Positions 51,962 to 54,088 of a DNA stretch of 54,088 nucleotides are shown piece after piece. Source of the DNA: Octopus bimaculoides (taxonomy: Eukaryota); the NCBI RefSeq assembly GCF_001194135.2, contig NC_068987.1:105979731-106033818 (forward strand), read 5' to 3'. Position numbers and translations under genes: made by a program. The notes below the pieces were generated by a model. That model searched no databases and was not told the DNA's origin. It worked only from the letters and a program-made list of their open reading frames with translations. Position 1 is the stretch's first letter; every line of letters starts with the position of its first letter.

Positions 51962-52179
51962 ATCGAACTGCACAGTATTATATATCCATTACGACAGACC
52001 TTAACAATAGGTTTCGCACTAGGGTACTTCAACGGAGTGTTAGGACAGAGTCCGATTATGTAACCTTGCGCTTTTCAGAGGTAACCTTCATGGGATGAAA
52101 TATGACAGCTGCTCTCTATTATACATACATACACTCACACGCGCGCGTGCGCACACACACGCACACACACAGACACACA

Positions 52180-52236
<57 letters not shown>

Positions 52237-53189
52237 TGATAGAAAGGACAACAAAAGAAAAAAAGATACCTCGATATTATGTAAATAGAGGAATTTATCT
52301 GTGAAAATATGTGACACTTATTGGGTAACCATGATAAAACTCCGAGTTCCGGATGCCGAGATGGGAACACACGCCAACATCTCGTCAGTTATCCGGCCAT
52401 TGAAAATTACTGAAGTCATTTGGAATTGATCTAAAAGCCATAGAAACCTTGCTTCAGGTCGAGCTGGATGACTAACAAAAATGTGGAGTGGAGTGAAAGC
52501 TTTTGAATTAAGGAGTTGCAATCCACTCTCCAAGATCCCAAGTTAAGCCATACCTTGCTCCAGACTTGTTGCTATGTATCCAATGGCTCCAATAATAATG
52601 GCTATGAAGCTGAAAGTATAGCGTGAGGTTACTGGATTTGCAAACACCTTATCAGTAATCCATAGATGTCCTCTTTCTTTTGTGTTTTTCTAACCGCAAT
52701 CGTGTGAAGAGGAGTAGCTGATTTCTACAATAGAACGTAACTTTTCCTTGAGGTCTCAAACGGTAATGTCTAGCCAGTTGTGTTTTAGCTTTGTGCCTGT
52801 TTTAATGTATGTATGTATGTATGTATGTATACAGTGACTCACACAAGAGTTTGTGTGTGTATCTGTTGGTAGTCAATACAATAAAAAGATTCATAATCCC
52901 TATATGCTGCGGTGCACGCTTCCGATAATTCTCCGAGTAATCTGAGCCTGCTTCTCTTGAAATAACTGTTGCTTGGATATGTTTTGAAGTATTACATGTA
53001 AGTTATGAATATATTGCTTATGTTAAAATTTCTTTAGAGAAATTACGAGGCACTCACCCAAAAACGACAGCAGCAAATTCACGTCTTGTATTTCCTTTCT
53101 GGCTCCCGTTAGAACACCCCAAATGCTTTAAACACCATACACTCGATGACAGTCAAATACCTTGCTTCATGAAGAAGGGATATGTTGTC

Positions 53190-53370
53190 ACAGTCGCTGC
53201 CGCATATGGCAAAATGCTGATGTTCTGTGTTCAAATTCCACCGTCGAATTTATTTTTTTTTTTTTTGAGGCCGATAAAATAAGTACGAGTTCAGTGCTGG
53301 GGTCTATGAAATCAACTTAACACAGGAGCGTAACTTGCTGGCATTGTGCCAAAATTTTAAACCACTATCA
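53190..53370 (+). mobile_element. degenerate SINE family A-like remnant
   Basis: GTGTTCAAATTCCAC, GGCCGATAAAATAAGTACGAG and TGGGGTCTATGAAATCAACT blocks. Confidence 0.6.
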
Positions 53371-53633
53371 TTCTTCATAAACTGTGTTGAATTTTAAGAA
53401 ATGCTTTAAGCAATACTTTTTAAAGTCAATGTTGGCATGTGCACGTTTTGCGCGCACTGGCGCATTTAGATAAACACATATTAACATAAACACGTACGCA
53501 GACGTNNNNNNNNNNNNNNNNNNNNNNNNNNNNNNNNNNNNNNNNNNNNNNNNNNNNNNNATATATATATATATACGTTTATGTATTCGTTTTGCGAGAT
53601 TCTTGATGTGAATTCATGTGCTGAAACAGATAG

Positions 53634-53722
53634 TGTTGTATTTGGGGATGGCCATGTTGCCAATTGAGCCAATGAAAACACACGTACTATATATGCCAAC
53701 ATGACCATCCCCTAATGCAACA
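53634..53722. repeat. small inverted repeat, 29-bp arms with 31-bp spacer
   Basis: TGTTGTATTTGGGGATGGCCATGTTGCCA versus TGCCAACATGACCATCCCCTAATGCAACA, 4 mismatches. Confidence 0.75.
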
Positions 53723-54088
53723 ATATATATATGTGTGTGTGTGTATGCGTGTGTATGTGTGTGTATGCGTGTGTATGTGTGTGCATATATATATATATGT
53801 ATATAATTGTGTTTATAAACATATTAAGCAGTTTAATACAAAAGTTCAAAGAAGTAATATGCATTCAATTAAACACCAATGTACAAATATACACGTTAGT
53901 TTATACATTTGCAATACATGTATAGACAAAATCGCATATATGTAACAGTGTGCTTAATAGACATGAGCAGGGTCTGTTTCATTAAAAAAACAAAAAATAC
54001 AGTCTACTGGGCGACAATGTGTATATATGTGTGAATATGCGTGTATGTATGTGTGTATATATCTTTATATATATATATATATATATAT

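Overview
AT-rich, microsatellite-dense eukaryotic genomic DNA, most likely octopus (inferred from the SINE families and repeat style). It comes from a gappy short-read scaffold with about 20 N-runs, most flanked by (TA)n. No intact protein-coding gene, rRNA, tRNA gene or CRISPR array can be supported, and most listed ORFs are artefacts of N-gaps or simple repeats. The window is a transposable-element graveyard: at least four tRNA-headed SINE families (including CORE-type SINEs and a TSD-flanked dimeric SINE), two CR1-clade LINE fragments, an R4/Dong-like RT fragment, two Penelope-like (PLE) coding fragments, a mariner 5' end, a C-terminal fragment of another DNA transposase and a 10-bp-period satellite. 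The most interesting pattern is three unrelated 0.36-0.85 kb head-to-head palindromes (31446-31960, 43418-44269, 45869-46226). Each carries, near its outer ends, the hammerhead-ribozyme 3' signature GAAAC-[palindromic 4-mer]-GTH, and one has a complete CUGAUGA core with stems I-III. A separate two-copy repeat carries a minimal hammerhead-like fold with a variant core. All protein similarities are recognised by eye from hand translation, not from database searches.
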